From an uncultured Chloroflexia bacterium (GTDB lineage: Bacteria > Chloroflexota > Limnocylindria > Limnocylindrales > CSP1-4), in NCBI GenBank assembly GCA_963842755.1, contig CAWJIC010000076.1:2867-66866 (forward strand): a DNA stretch of 64,000 bases, read 5' to 3'. Below, in pieces: positions 40,101 through 55,240 of this stretch (positions within the stretch are counted from its first letter, which is position 1; every line of letters starts with the position of its first letter). The position numbers and the translations under genes are program-made. Under the pieces are notes generated by a model. The model was given only the letters and a program-made list of their open reading frames with translations, ran no database searches and had not been told where the DNA came from.

Positions 40101-41159
40101 TCAGTCGAGCTCGCCGCTCCGGACGAGGGCGATCGCGTTCTCCAGGCGGAGCTTCGCGATCGTCAGGTACTTGGCCAGGTTCGCCCGGTCGACCTGGCCG
40201 ATCGAGCCCAGGACGTCCGGCGCCCGGAGGACGTCGACGAGACCCTCGATCGCCTCGGCGAAGTGCTGCTTCGCGGTGACGAGACTGTCCTCGCGGATGA
40301 TTGGCGGAGCCGACGGCCGGGGCGTGCCGGTCCAGGCCGTCTCGGCTTCGGTCGCGAGCTGGTCCGAGCGGGCGGCGCCGGTCCGGTAGACCGTCGTGCC
40401 CTCCACTCCGTCCGGCCCGGCAGCGCCGTCGGCCACGGCCTCGCCGCGCCGGGGCCGCCGCCGGCCCTCGATCCGCTCGCGGAGCTTGACCAGGGTGAGC
40501 TCGCCCCGGCCGACCTGCTCGGCGAGGCGCCGGCGCTTCCGCGGGTCGTCCACCTTGAGCAGCTCGTAGGCGTGGGAGATCGTGTCTTTGCGCACGGACA
40601 CCAGGGCCTGGATCTCGGGCGGCGCGCCGGCGAGACGAAGCCGGTTCTCCAGGTAGCCCTTATCCTTGCCCAGCTTCTGGGCGAGCCTGCGGATGCTGTA
40701 GCCGTGGTCCCGGATCATCCGGTCGTACATCACCGCTTCCTCGAGCGGTGAGAGGTCCTCGCGCTGGAGGTTCTCGATGATCGCAATCTCGAGTGCCGTG
40801 TCGTCGTCGAGCTCCTCGATCATCGCCGGAATCGTCGCGAGGCCGGCCGCGGTCGCGGCGCGCCAGCGGCGTTCGCCGGCGACGAGCTGGTAGTGGTTCG
40901 GCGCGCCGAACGGGCGGACGAGGATTGGCTGGAGGATGCCGTGCTCTCGAACCGACGCGGTCAGCTCGTCGAGCGCTTCCTGCTCGAAGACGGTCCGCGG
41001 CTGGTTCGGGTTCGCGACGATCCGCTCGAGGGGGACGTGGCGGACGCCGACGGCCTTCGTTGCGCCGTCGGCGGAAAGGAGGCTGAGGATGGACGGTCCG
41101 AGCTCACGCTCCTCGGACAGGCGCCGCGCGGCGGTCGCACGGAAGTCGGGTCTAGCCAA
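40101..41159 (-). CDS. parB: chromosome partitioning protein ParB/Spo0J
   Basis: Motifs NPNQPRTVFEQEALDELTASVREHGILQPILVRP and YQLVAGERRWRAA. It overlaps the parA stop by 8 nt. Confidence 0.9.
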   Translation of the reverse strand: MARPDFRATAARRLSEERELGPSILSLLSADGATKAVGVRHVPLERIVANPNQPRTVFEQEALDELTASVREHGILQPILVRPFGAPNHYQLVAGERRWRAATAAGLATIPAMIEELDDDTALEIAIIENLQREDLSPLEEAVMYDRMIRDHGYSIRRLAQKLGKDKGYLENRLRLAGAPPEIQALVSVRKDTISHAYELLKVDDPRKRRRLAEQVGRGELTLVKLRERIEGRRRPRRGEAVADGAAGPDGVEGTTVYRTGAARSDQLATEAETAWTGTPRPSAPPIIREDSLVTAKQHFAEAIEGLVDVLRAPDVLGSIGQVDRANLAKYLTIAKLRLENAIALVRSGELD

Positions 41160-41919
41160 GGTCGATGACCTCCCGGGCGAGTTCGCGGTAGGTGCGGGCC
41201 GCCTCGGAGCTGCCAGCGTAGGTCGTGATCGGCCGGCCGGTCAGCGGCGCCTCGCCGAGCTTGACGGTGTTGCGGACGATGCTGTTGAAGACATGATGGT
41301 CGCCCAGCTCGCGCAGCTCGTCGAGCATTTCGCGTCCGAGGATCGTCCGGCCGTCGTAGAACGTCGGGAGGAGCCCCAGGACGCGGAGATCGCGATTGAG
41401 CTTCGCCCGGATCGTGTTGATCACCTTCACCAGCGCCGTCAGGCCCTTGAGCGCGTAGTACTGGGTCTGGACCGGGATGATCACGTTTTGTGCCGCGACG
41501 AGCCCGTTGATCGTGAGCAGGCCGAGCGTCGGCGGGCAGTCGATCAGCGCGTAGTCGTAGTTCTCGTCGATCCATCCGTCGATCGATTCGCGGAGTGCGT
41601 GCTCCCGTCCGATGGCGCTGAACAGCTCGACCTCGGTCGATGCGAGCTCGAGCGTCGACGGCGCGACGTCGATGCCCGTCGTCTGGGTGGGGATGACGAT
41701 CTCCTCCATCGACGCGCGAGCATCCGCGAGGACATCGGCCATCGACCGGTCGACCGTGCCGAGGTTGATCCCGAGACCGACGGTGAGGTTCGCCTGGGGG
41801 TCCATGTCGATGCACAGGATGCGGAAGCCCTGCTCTGCGAGTGCGCCAGCGAGGTTGATCGCGGTCGTGGTCTTGCCCACCCCGCCCTTCTGGTTCGCGA
41901 TCGCGATCACGTTCGTCAC
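41152..41919 (-). CDS. parA: chromosome partitioning ATPase ParA/Soj
   Basis: Deviant Walker A motif NQKGGVGKTTT. GTG at 41919 follows GAGGTGA; the ORF is open to 41994. Confidence 0.9.
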   Translation of the reverse strand: MTNVIAIANQKGGVGKTTTAINLAGALAEQGFRILCIDMDPQANLTVGLGINLGTVDRSMADVLADARASMEEIVIPTQTTGIDVAPSTLELASTEVELFSAIGREHALRESIDGWIDENYDYALIDCPPTLGLLTINGLVAAQNVIIPVQTQYYALKGLTALVKVINTIRAKLNRDLRVLGLLPTFYDGRTILGREMLDELRELGDHHVFNSIVRNTVKLGEAPLTGRPITTYAGSSEAARTYRELAREVIDLG

Positions 41920-42030
41920 CGGGGCATCACCTCGATATCCATGGAATGGCGTGAGAGCGGTCGCCGTGCCGTCGTGCAGCGAGACCGGGAGCACATCCTA
42001 CCCCACCTTCCTCGCGCGCGACCGCCGGAC

Positions 42031-42072
42031 TTATCCACAGCGGAGTGGAGTTGTTCACCGATTCTGTGGACA
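42031..42072. promoter_or_regulatory. two convergent DnaA-box-like 9-mers
   Basis: TTATCCACA (42031-42039) matches the E. coli consensus perfectly. CTGTCCACA on the complement of 42064-42072 matches the TTGTCCACA actinobacterial type at 8/9. Both lie in the parA/pccB divergent spacer. Confidence 0.3.
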
Positions 42073-42220
42073 GCGCGGCGTCTGCCACCCGCCCGGAGCC
42101 CACGGGCCGAAGGGCTCTGTCTGGGTGATCCGGCTCGACTATCATGGTGACGACCCCCGGCGCGGTCACTGTCCGTGCGCAAAGACGGCGTCCGATCGGT
42201 GAACGGATCAAGGAGGAACC

Positions 42221-43774
<1,554 letters not shown>

Positions 43775-43778
43775 GGCT

Positions 43779-45392
43779 GTGAACGCCGCGGGCGTCTTTA
43801 CGCAAAGACGGCCGTTCGACCGGGTGCTCATCGCGAACCGCGGCGAGATCGCACTGCGGGTCATCCGGGCCTGCCACGAGATGGGCATGGAGGCGGTCGC
43901 CGTCTACAGCGATGCCGACGCCCATGCCTGTCACGTTAGAGCTGCGGACCGCGCGGTCCGGATCGGTCCGGCCCCGGCCACCGACAGCTACCTTCGCGTC
44001 GAGGCGATCGTCGAGGCGGCGCTTGCCACCGGTGCCGGGGCCGTCCACCCGGGCTATGGATTCCTGGCGGAGCGGGCATCGTTCGCCGCGGCGGTGGAAG
44101 CTGCAGGGCTGGCCTTCGTCGGTCCGGACCATCGGTCGATCGCTGCCCTGGGCGACAAGCTCGCCGCCCGGCGGACCGCGACCGAGGCCGGTGTGCCGGT
44201 CGTGCCAGGTACGCTGGAGCCCGCGCCGGTGGACCGGCCGGACGAGGTCGAGGAGATCGTCGCGGCCGCCCGGACGGTCGGCTTCCCGCTCCTGGTCAAG
44301 GCCGCGGCCGGCGGTGGCGGGCGCGGGATGCGCCGGGTGACGACGCCGGAGGAGCTGCCGGCCGCGCTCGTCTCGGGTTCGCGCGAGGCCGCCTCGGCGT
44401 TCGGCGACGGCTCCGTCTACCTGGAGCGTGAGATCCTCCCTGCCCGCCACATCGAAGTCCAGCTCCTGGGCGACCTGGCCGGTCGCGTCGTCGCCCTGGG
44501 CGAACGGGACTGCTCCATCCAGCGGCGTCACCAGAAGCTCATCGAGGAGGCGCCCGCCCCTGGTCTCACGGAGGCGCAGCGTCGGGATCTCCACGCGATG
44601 GCGGTCCGCGTCTCCTCGGCCGCCGGCCTGCGCAACGCCGCGACCTGCGAGTTCCTGTATGACCCGGACGGGCGGTTCTGGTTCCTGGAGGTGAACACGC
44701 GCCTCCAGGTGGAGCACGGCGTGACCGAGCTCGTGACCGGGCTGGACATCGTCCGGGAGCAGTTCTGGCTGGCCGCCGGGGCACCGCTCTCCGATGACGC
44801 ACTTGCCGCAGCCGAGCGGGCCGCCACCCCGACGAGCCACGCCATCGAGGTGCGCATCTCGGCCGAGGATCCATCCCGCCAGTTCGCGCCGACGCCCGGC
44901 CGGGTCACCCGCTGGACGATGCCGGCCGGTCCCGGCGTCCGGGTCGACACGGCCATCGAAGCGGGGGAGCGGATCCCGCCGGACTACGACCCGCTCATCG
45001 CCAAGCTGATGGTTCACGCCGCCGATCGCCCGGCCGCGATCGACCGACTCCGGCGTGCGCTCGACGAGACCGAGATCGGTGGGGTCCAGACAACGGTCCC
45101 GTTCGACCGGTTCGTCGTCCGTCATCCGGGCTTCCGAGCCGGTGAGTTGTCGACCGGCTGGGTCGGCGACCACTGGGACGGCCCGGCGGAGCGGGGGACC
45201 GCCGTCCGGCGCGCCCTTCTCGCGGCAGGCATCGCCGCGATCGAGGAGGCCGCCGAAGTGCCGACGGGCCAGGCGGCGTCGGGACAGCTCTCCGGCAGCC
45301 CGGCAGCCCCAGATGGCGGCACCGGGCGACCGGCGCCCTCGCGCTGGCGGATGGCCGGAATGGTGGCCTCGGCCGATCGTTGGCCCGCATGA
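43779..45392 (+). CDS. accC: biotin carboxylase (acetyl/propionyl-CoA carboxylase BC component)
   Basis: Motifs FDRVLIANRGEIALRVIRAC, GYGFLAE, KAAAGGGGRGMR and EVNTRLQVEH. Start is GTG 43779, or ATG 43755 which overlaps pccB. Confidence 0.85.
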   Translation: MNAAGVFTQRRPFDRVLIANRGEIALRVIRACHEMGMEAVAVYSDADAHACHVRAADRAVRIGPAPATDSYLRVEAIVEAALATGAGAVHPGYGFLAERASFAAAVEAAGLAFVGPDHRSIAALGDKLAARRTATEAGVPVVPGTLEPAPVDRPDEVEEIVAAARTVGFPLLVKAAAGGGGRGMRRVTTPEELPAALVSGSREAASAFGDGSVYLEREILPARHIEVQLLGDLAGRVVALGERDCSIQRRHQKLIEEAPAPGLTEAQRRDLHAMAVRVSSAAGLRNAATCEFLYDPDGRFWFLEVNTRLQVEHGVTELVTGLDIVREQFWLAAGAPLSDDALAAAERAATPTSHAIEVRISAEDPSRQFAPTPGRVTRWTMPAGPGVRVDTAIEAGERIPPDYDPLIAKLMVHAADRPAAIDRLRRALDETEIGGVQTTVPFDRFVVRHPGFRAGELSTGWVGDHWDGPAERGTAVRRALLAAGIAAIEEAAEVPTGQAASGQLSGSPAAPDGGTGRPAPSRWRMAGMVASADRWPA

Positions 45393-46206
45393 CCAGCCCC
45401 GCCCGCGCCCGGCACGCCTCCCCGCCGTCCCCCGGCGTCAGCTCTCCGCCGCCGGGGTCCGGGACGGCGCCCGGTGGGGCCGCTCCGGCTGCTGCCCCGC
45501 AGGTCGATCCGCGCGCCGTCCGGGTCGGCGTGGCCCCGGCCACCCGCGCCGAGGGTGACCCCACGCTGACGATCTCGCCCGCGCCCGTGCCGGTCCTTCG
45601 CCCGACCGAGCGCCTGGCGGGCACGGCGATCCTGGGCGGGGCGCCCGCCCCTTCGCCGGAGGTTGCCGCGACGGATGGCCACGGTCGAGGGGGTGCCCCG
45701 CAGGCCTTGGACGAGGGCGGCGGCCTCCTGCTCGACGGCCAGCCGCTCGACGCCAGGCTCGTTTCGCTCGACCCCGAGCACGTCATCCTCGTCGAGGGCG
45801 CGGTGGCGGGCGTCTCGGAGGAGCCGCTCCGGACCCGGCTGATCCTCGGCCCCGAGCGGCGCCGGGACGGGGACGGGGCGACGCTCCGGGAGGTCGTGGT
45901 GGACGGCTGGCGGGTCGAGGTGGAGGTCGAGGGCGAGCGTCGCGCCGCGCTGCGCGAGCGAGCCCGACGCGGCCACGACGTCGCCGGGAAGAGCGGACCG
46001 ATCGAGGTCCGGGCGATCATCCCGGGCCGCATCGTCGCCCTCTCGGTCGGCCCGGGCGACGAGGTCACCGCCGGCCAGCAGCTGCTCGTCCTCGAGGCGA
46101 TGAAGATGCAGAACGAGCTGCGGGCCCCCCGCGAGGGCGCGATCGAGCGCGTCCCCGTCGCGGTCGGCGAGAATGTCGAGGTCGGCGACCTGCTCATGGT
46201 GATCAC

Positions 46207-46210
<4 letters not shown>
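45389..46210 (+). CDS. biotin carboxyl carrier protein (biotinyl/lipoyl domain)
   Basis: ATGA overlap with accC. C-terminal [19 protein letters not shown] biotinylation motif. Confidence 0.8.
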
Positions 46211-47916
<1,706 letters not shown>

Positions 47917-47942
47917 CCCGCTCCGTCCGAGGAGGCTCCACG

Positions 47943-48410
47943 ATGCCCGCGACCCCGCCCCCCATTCCCGCCAACCTCCACCGGCTGGGTCGGGTCCACC
48001 ACGTCGCGCTGATCGTGCGCGACCTCGAGGCCTCCCTCGGGTTCTACCGCGACATCCTGGGGCTCCAGCTCGAGACGGTCATGGACATCGCCCACGACCG
48101 GGTCCGGATCGCCTTCCTGCCCGTCGGCGAGTCGAAGGTCGAGCTCGTCCAGCCGACCGACGACACGACCGGGGTGGCCCGCTTCCTCGAGGCGAAGGGG
48201 GAGGGGTTCCACCACGTCTGCTTCGAGGTCCCGGACCTGGCCGAGACGCTGACCCGGCTGGCGATCGACGGGATCGAGCTCATCGACACCGCCCCGCGCA
48301 AGGGCGCCGAGGGTCCCGTCGCATTCCTCCACCCGCGGTCCTGCCACGGCGTCCTCGTCGAGCTCATCGAGGCGCCGGGCGGGCCGGCCTGGGCCGCCCT
48401 CGGCTACTGA
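47943..48410 (+). CDS. mce: methylmalonyl-CoA epimerase (VOC/glyoxalase fold)
   Basis: Motifs [38 protein letters not shown] and [16 protein letters not shown]. 155 aa, intact. Confidence 0.85.
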   Translation: MPATPPPIPANLHRLGRVHHVALIVRDLEASLGFYRDILGLQLETVMDIAHDRVRIAFLPVGESKVELVQPTDDTTGVARFLEAKGEGFHHVCFEVPDLAETLTRLAIDGIELIDTAPRKGAEGPVAFLHPRSCHGVLVELIEAPGGPAWAALGY

Positions 48411-48467
48411 CCGGGACCACTGCTCCGGACCACCGAACCGGGCTGCGACCGGTTGGGCCGACGACGC

Positions 48468-48929
48468 TCAGAGCGACCAGGCGAAGAGGACGTCCGGGGC
48501 CCGCTCGGCGGCCCGGCAGAACTGGACGACCTCGCCGGCGAGCTGGCGGATCCAGGGCTTCTCCTCGCGCGGCAGGGCGCCGTAGCTCCTCGTCGAGGAG
48601 GTCGATCCAGCGCCCCGCGACCGCGAGGACGTCATGGTCCGACAGCCGGGCGATCGCCTCCGATCCAGCGCGGGTCGACCCGCTCGATCGTTCGCCCTGC
48701 GACATCCTCGGGCCGTCGAGCTCGCGCCGCGCGTCGAGGAAGTCGACCGGCTCGCCTGTCCCGGTGACGGACCGGGCGGCCTCGCTGAACAGGTCGAGCC
48801 AGGTCGGGTCGAGGCCCGCCGCCGAGCGACAGGTGGGCGGCGAAGCGGGTCCGGTCGTCGAACGCGGCGAGATCGTCCGTCGACGATCGCGATGAGGATC
48901 GCTGCGGCGTCTCCCGCGACGAGGTCCAT
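48468..48929 (-). pseudogene. hypothetical protein, frameshifted
   Basis: Plausible peptide pieces lie in different minus frames ([33 protein letters not shown]; [24 protein letters not shown]; [38 protein letters not shown]). No family was recognised. Confidence 0.3.
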
Positions 48930-48952
48930 CAGCGGCGCCCATCGGGTGGCTC

Positions 48953-49837
48953 CTAGCCGCGGTAGCCGGCGTCGCGCAGGAGCGCCGGGAGCTCGGTCGG
49001 CGAGCCGGCGACCCGGAAGCCGGCCGCCTCGAGCGCGGCGACCTTGGACGCGGCGGTCCCGGCGCCGCCCGAGATGATCGCCCCGGCGTGGCCCATCCGC
49101 TTGCCCTCGGGCGCGGTCCGGCCGGCGATGAACGCGGCCATCGGGACGTCCGCGCAGGTGCTCGGCCGCCCAGGCCGCGGCCTCCTCCTCGGCCGCGCCG
49201 CCGATCTCGCCGATCAGGACGATCGCCTCGGTCTCCGGGTCCGCCGCGAACAGCTGGAGGACGTCGAGGAAGGTCGTCCCGATGATCGGGTCGCCGCCGA
49301 TCCCGACGCACGTCGACTGGCCGATGCCCGGCGTCGGTCATCGCCTGGACCGCCTCGTAGGTCAGCGTCCCGGAGCGCGACACGACGCCGACCCGGCCCT
49401 CGCGGTGGATCGAGCCCGGGATGATCCCGACCTTGGCCCGGCCGGGCGAGGTGGCGCCGGGGCAGTTCGGCCCGATGAGCCGGGCGCCGGCGGCCGCACG
49501 ACCTCGACCGACCGGGATCATGTCGAGCGCCGGGATGCCCTCGGTGATGCAGAAGATCGTGGCGATGCCCGGCGCCGACCGCCTCCAGGACGGCGTCCGG
49601 CGCGCCGGCCGCCGGGACGAAGATGCACGACGTGTTGGCGCCGGTCTCGCGGACGGCCTCGGCGACGGTGTCGAAGACCGGGACCGCGCCCGTCGAGCGC
49701 GGTCTGGCCGCCCTTGCCGGGCGTCACCCCGGCGACGATGTTGGTGCCGTACTCGAGCATCGCGCGGGCGTGGAACTCGCCCTCGCGGCCGGTGATGCCC
49801 TGGACGACGAGGCGGGTCTCGCGCCCGACGAGGATGC

Positions 49838-49841
<4 letters not shown>
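48953..49841 (-). pseudogene. sucD: succinyl-CoA synthetase alpha subunit; multiple frameshifts in this sequence
   Basis: N-terminus [45 protein letters not shown], middle [44 protein letters not shown]-terminus [25 protein letters not shown]. These lie in different frames. Confidence 0.85.
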
Positions 49842-51033
<1,192 letters not shown>

Positions 51034-51205
51034 GCGCGGCTAGCTCCTGGGTCGAGGCGGGAAGTTCGATGGTACAGGAGCGCCGCGGGAAGCGGCGACC
51101 GGAGCGCCCTGTGGACCGACGCCTCCCGGACGATTCCGTGTCGCCGGCCGAGCCCACGTCCGGCGCCCGCGTCGGTGTCGTCGGCGTCCGGTGGCCGCTT
51201 GGGGC

Positions 51206-51211
51206 TAGAAT
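51206..51211 (+). promoter_or_regulatory. candidate -10 element (TAGAAT) for sdhCDAB
   Basis: TAGAAT lies 70 nt upstream of the sdhC ATG. The same hexamer occurs at the rnpB and mraZ promoters. The -35 is poor. Confidence 0.3.
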
Positions 51212-51280
51212 GACGGCCCGTGGACCAGCCCCCCGGCCGGGCCTCGCCCGCCGACCCGCATCGACCGCCCTGGAGGCCCA

Positions 51281-51643
51281 ATGCTGCTCCGCTACCGAGG
51301 AAGCGAAGGGATGCTCGCGTGGGCGTTCCATCGGATCTCCGGGGTGGCGATCTGGGCGTTCGTCGTCCTCCACGTCGTCGACATCTACCTCGTCGGCGGC
51401 AACCCGGAGGCGTACAACGAGCTCCTCCAGATCTACGCCAGCCCGATCGGGCGGGTCCTCGAGACGCTTCTCGGCGCGGCGCTCCTCTACCACGCGCTGA
51501 ACGGCCTGCGGATCATCATCATGGACTTCTGGCCCGTCTTCACCCGCTACCACCGCCAGCTGTGGTACCTGAACTGGGCGATCTTCACGGTCGTCGGGCT
51601 GCCGGTCGCGGTCGTCATCCTCAAGCCGATCTTCGGGCTGTAG
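51281..51643 (+). CDS. sdhC: succinate dehydrogenase cytochrome b subunit
   Basis: 120 aa, three TM helices, haem-ligand context HRISGV...VLHVV. First gene before sdhD-sdhA-sdhB. Confidence 0.75.
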   Translation: MLLRYRGSEGMLAWAFHRISGVAIWAFVVLHVVDIYLVGGNPEAYNELLQIYASPIGRVLETLLGAALLYHALNGLRIIIMDFWPVFTRYHRQLWYLNWAIFTVVGLPVAVVILKPIFGL

Positions 51644-51653
51644 GAGGCCGACG

Positions 51654-52052
51654 ATGACGACGCGCTACTCGCGATCGGGCAGCCGGGTCCGCCCTTCGGG
51701 CGGCGGAGCCGAGGCGTTCATCTGGTACCTGATGCGCCTGACGGGCGTTGCCCTGTTCGTGCTCGCCCTGGCGCACTTCCTGATCGTCCACGTCCTGTTC
51801 GACCCGTCCCAGCAGACGGCGACGTGGATCGCCGAGGTCCGCTGGAGCAGCACCTTCTGGCGGGCATTCGACTGGACGCTCCTGATGATGGTCCTGTTCC
51901 ACGCCTTCCTCGGCGTCCGGACGGTCGCCTCGGACTACCTCAGGGGCGGCGTCCGGACGGTCGTCCTCATGGCTCTCTACCTGCTCGCGATCGGCTTGTT
52001 CGCGATCGGGACGATGGTCGTGATGACGCTCCCGGTCGTTCCGAAAGGCTGA
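51654..52052 (+). CDS. sdhD: succinate dehydrogenase hydrophobic membrane anchor subunit
   Basis: 132 aa, three TM helices, positioned between sdhC and sdhA. Confidence 0.7.
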   Translation: MTTRYSRSGSRVRPSGGGAEAFIWYLMRLTGVALFVLALAHFLIVHVLFDPSQQTATWIAEVRWSSTFWRAFDWTLLMMVLFHAFLGVRTVASDYLRGGVRTVVLMALYLLAIGLFAIGTMVVMTLPVVPKG

Positions 52053-52059
52053 CCTGACG

Positions 52060-53805
52060 ATGCAGCACGACTTCGACGCGGTCATCGTCGGCGCTGGCGG
52101 TGCCGGCCTGTGGGCCGCCCTCGAGCTGGCGTCCGCGGGCGTCTCGACGGCCGTCCTGACGAAGCTCTACCCGACCCGCTCCCACACCGGCGCCGCCCAG
52201 GGCGGCGTGTGCGCCGCTCTCGGCAACCTCGAGGAGGACCACTGGGAGTGGCACATGTTCGACACCATCAAGGGCGGCGACTACCTCGTCGACCAGGACG
52301 CCGCCGAGGTCCTCGCCCGGGAAGCCATCGAGACGGTCATCGAGCTCGAGCACATGGGCCTGCCGTTCAACCGCACGCCCGATGGGAAGATCGACCAGCG
52401 TCGCTTCGGCGGGCACACCCGGAACTTCGGCGAGGCGGCCGTCCGCCGGGCCTGCTTCGCCGCCGATCGGACCGGCCACATGATCCTCCAGACGCTCTAC
52501 CAGCAGTGCGTCAAAGCCGGCGTCCGCTTCTTCGACGAGTACCACGTCGTCGACCTCATCGCCGTCGACGGTGAGCTCGGCAGCGGCGGCCGGGCGGCCG
52601 GTGTCGTCGCCTACCGGATCGCCGACGGCGAGATCCACACGTTCCGCTCGAAGGCGGTCCTGATCGCGACCGGCGGGTTCGGGCGGATGTTCCGGATCAC
52701 CTCGAACGCCTGGTCGCTGACCGGGGATGGGGTCGCGTTGGCCTACCGCCACGGGATCCCGATGCAGGACATGGAGTTCTACCAGTTCCACCCGACCGGG
52801 ATCGTCGGGATCGGGATCCTCCTGTCCGAGGCCGCCCGTGGTGAGGGTGGCTACCTGCTCAACGACAGGGGCGAGCGGTTCATGGAACGCTACGCTCCGA
52901 AGGCCATGGAGCTTGCCCCGCGGGACATGGTCAGCCGGGCGATCCACATGGAGATCCGCGCCGGCCGCGGGATCGGCGGAAAGGACTTCGTCTACCTCGA
53001 CGTCCGTCATCTCGGGCGCAAGGTCATCGAGGAGAAGCTCCCGGACATCACCGACTTCGTCCGGGTCTACCAGGGCATCGAGCCGATCACCGAGCCGGTC
53101 CCGATCCAGCCGACGGCGCATTACGCGATGGGCGGGATCCCGACCGACACCGAGACCCGGGTCGTCCGCGACGAGGCGAACACGGTCGTGCCGGGACTGT
53201 ACGCGGCGGGCGAGTGCGCCTGCGTCAGCGTCCACGGGGCGAACCGGCTGGGCACGAACTCGCTGGTCGACCTGCTCGTGTTCGGTCGTCGCGCTGGGCG
53301 GCGGATGGCGCGCGACGTTCGCGGAGGGGACCTGCCCGAGATCGCCGGCGACCCGACCGAGTCGGTCCGGGCGGAACTCCGCGCGATCGCTGACCGGGCG
53401 AACGGCGAGTCGGCCGCCCGGATCCGGACCGAGCTGGGGTCGGTGATGATGGACGGCGTCGGCGTCTACCGGGACGCGTCGACGCTCGGGGCGGCACTGC
53501 CGAAGGTGCGCGAGCTGCGCGAGCGCTACGGGCGGGTGAAGGTCGACGACAAGGGCTCGGTCTTCAACACGGACCTGCTCGAGGCGCGCGAGGTGGGCTA
53601 CCTGCTCGACTGTGCGGAGACGACGGTGGTGGCGGCGCTCGCCCGGAAGGAGAGCCGTGGCGCCCACGCCCGGGAGGACTACCCCGAGCGGGACGACGTG
53701 AACTTCCTGGCCCACTCGCTCGCGTTCCAGGGGGAGGGTGGGCCGACCCTGCGCTACAAGCCGGTCACGATCACTCGCTTCGAGCCGAAGCCGCGGACCT
53801 ACTAG
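52060..53805 (+). CDS. sdhA: succinate dehydrogenase flavoprotein subunit
   Basis: FAD motif [13 protein letters not shown], covalent-FAD His motif [10 protein letters not shown], and [21 protein letters not shown]. 581 aa, intact. Confidence 0.95.
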   Translation: MQHDFDAVIVGAGGAGLWAALELASAGVSTAVLTKLYPTRSHTGAAQGGVCAALGNLEEDHWEWHMFDTIKGGDYLVDQDAAEVLAREAIETVIELEHMGLPFNRTPDGKIDQRRFGGHTRNFGEAAVRRACFAADRTGHMILQTLYQQCVKAGVRFFDEYHVVDLIAVDGELGSGGRAAGVVAYRIADGEIHTFRSKAVLIATGGFGRMFRITSNAWSLTGDGVALAYRHGIPMQDMEFYQFHPTGIVGIGILLSEAARGEGGYLLNDRGERFMERYAPKAMELAPRDMVSRAIHMEIRAGRGIGGKDFVYLDVRHLGRKVIEEKLPDITDFVRVYQGIEPITEPVPIQPTAHYAMGGIPTDTETRVVRDEANTVVPGLYAAGECACVSVHGANRLGTNSLVDLLVFGRRAGRRMARDVRGGDLPEIAGDPTESVRAELRAIADRANGESAARIRTELGSVMMDGVGVYRDASTLGAALPKVRELRERYGRVKVDDKGSVFNTDLLEAREVGYLLDCAETTVVAALARKESRGAHAREDYPERDDVNFLAHSLAFQGEGGPTLRYKPVTITRFEPKPRTY

Positions 53806-53819
53806 TGGACGACCGAACC

Positions 53820-54524
53820 ATGCAGGTCGACCTGCGGATCCTCCGCTTCGACCCCGAGCGCGACGCGAAGCCCCACTGGGAGTCGTATCACCGTCGAGTC
53901 CGAGCCGATGGACCGGGTGCTCGACCTCCTCCACCGGGTGAAGTACGAGCAGGACGGCACGCTCACGTTCCGCCGCTCATGCGGCCACGGCGTGTGCGGG
54001 TCGGACGCGATGCTCATCAACCGGCGGCAACCGGCTCGCCTGCAAGATCCGGGTGGAGCAGCTCGGGAAGCGGCGGATCACGGTCGCGCCGCTGCCGGGG
54101 CTGCCGCTGGTCAAGGACCTGGTCGTCGACATGGAGGGGTTCTTCGTCGAAGTACCGCAGCGTCCAGCCGTTCCTCGTGGCCGATGGCCCGGCCCCGGAG
54201 CGCGAGCGGCGCCAGACCGCGGAGCAGCGCGAGCAATTCGACGACACGACCAAGTGCATCCTGTGTGCCGCCTGCACGACCTCGTGCCCGTCGTTCTGGG
54301 CCCAGCCGGGCTACGTCGGGCCGGCCGCGATCGTCAACGCCCACCGGTTCATCTTCGACTCGCGCGACGACGCCGCCGAGGAGCGGCTCGAGATCCTCGC
54401 CGACAAGGACGGCGTCTGGCGCTGCCGGACGATCTTCAACTGCACCGACGCCTGCCCGCGCGGGATCAACATCACCCAGGCGATCCTCGAGGTCTCGTCG
54501 GCGATCGTGGAGCGTCGGGCCTGA
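53820..54524 (+). pseudogene. sdhB: succinate dehydrogenase iron-sulfur subunit; 3 frameshifts (near 53895, 54040, 54160)
   Basis: Frame a: MQVDLRILRFDPERDAKPHWESY. Frame b: MDRVLDLLHRVKYEQDGTLTFRRSCGHGVCGSDAMLIN. Frame c: NRLACKIRVEQLGKRRITVAPLPGLPLVKDLVVDMEGFF. Frame a again: KYRSVQPFL...CILCAACTTSCPSFW...CRTIFNCTDACPRGI. Confidence 0.85.
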
Positions 54525-54709
54525 GCGGCGGCTTCTGGGGGGAAGGCGATCTCGACCGGCCCGATGAGGGTCCGGCGGGGGAGGAGCCGCCCCACGCCGC
54601 AGGGCCCGATTCGAGGCCCGCATCGAAGCCGGCCGGGACGCCGTCTGGGGCCCCGTCTCCGGCGTCGTCTGAGGGGCCGGTTCGTGCGTCGGATGATCGG
54701 ATCGGCGGT

Positions 54710-54772
54710 CCTTCTTCGTCGACCGCTGAGCCTTCGTCGTCGACCGCTGAGCCGTCGTCATCGGCCGCTCAG
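54710..54772. repeat. 21-bp tandem repeat x3 (encodes PSSSTAE PSSSTAE PSSSAAQ)
   Basis: CCTTCTTCGTCGACCGCTGAG / CCTTCGTCGTCGACCGCTGAG / CCGTCGTCATCGGCCGCTCAG, directly upstream of the RNase H domain and in its frame. Confidence 0.9.
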
Positions 54773-54775
54773 GCG

Positions 54776-55240
54776 CTCCGGCTCATCATCCGGACCGATG
54801 GCGCAGCTCGCGGCAACCCCGGCCCGGCCTCGTCCGGGGCCGTCCTCATCGACGCCGACGCCCTTGGCTCGCGCGACCCCATGGCTCCGCCGATCGCGAC
54901 GATCTCCGACTTCCTCGGTGTCCGCACGAACAACGTGGCGGAGTACGTCGCGACCGTTCGGGCGCTCGCCCTGGCGACGGAGCTCGGGGCGCGAGAGGTC
55001 CACCTGATGCTCGACTCGAAGCTCATCGTCGAGCAGCTCCACGGCCGCTGGAAGGTGAGGGACGCCAAGCTCCAGCCGCTCCACGCCGAGGCGCGCCGGC
55101 TGTTGGCCGGCCTCGCCCGCTGGACCGCCGTCCACGTGCCGCGCGCCCAGAACAAGGCTGCCGACGCGCTGTGCAACGAGGCGATCGACCGGGTTGCCGC
55201 CGGTGGTCCCGCCTCCGTCGTCCGGCGGCCGACCGGCTAG
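54776..55240 (+). CDS. rnhA: RNase H (RNase HI-like domain); true start upstream and unresolved
   Basis: LRLIIRTDGAARGNPGPASSGAVLID...NNVAEYVATVRALALA...DSKLIVEQL...HVPRAQNKAADALCNEAID carries the RNase H D-E-D-D context. The frame is open back to sdhB but has no ATG/GTG/TTG in it. Confidence 0.7.
   Translation, partial: LRLIIRTDGAARGNPGPASSGAVLIDADALGSRDPMAPPIATISDFLGVRTNNVAEYVATVRALALATELGAREVHLMLDSKLIVEQLHGRWKVRDAKLQPLHAEARRLLAGLARWTAVHVPRAQNKAADALCNEAIDRVAAGGPASVVRRPTG

Noticed and set aside
39968-42220. Search for parS (GTTTCACGTGAAAC-like) around parAB and across the window
   Set aside because: All CACGTG-containing sites I inspected (e.g. near 3670, 7750, 7830, 21350, 29830, 55130) lack the flanking GTTT/AAAC arms. 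No credible parS was found by eye.
48468-48929. Whether the frameshifted minus-strand ORF downstream of the epimerase is the missing B12-binding subunit of the mutase
   Set aside because: It is on the opposite strand, and no DxHxxG cobalamin-binding motif or Rossmann-like pattern appears in any of its frames.
55237-55240. A single CTAG providing the stop codons of both convergent genes (RNase H on plus, lipoprotein on minus)
   Set aside because: This is real in the sequence but is a trivial consequence of CTAG being palindromic. No functional implication is evident.
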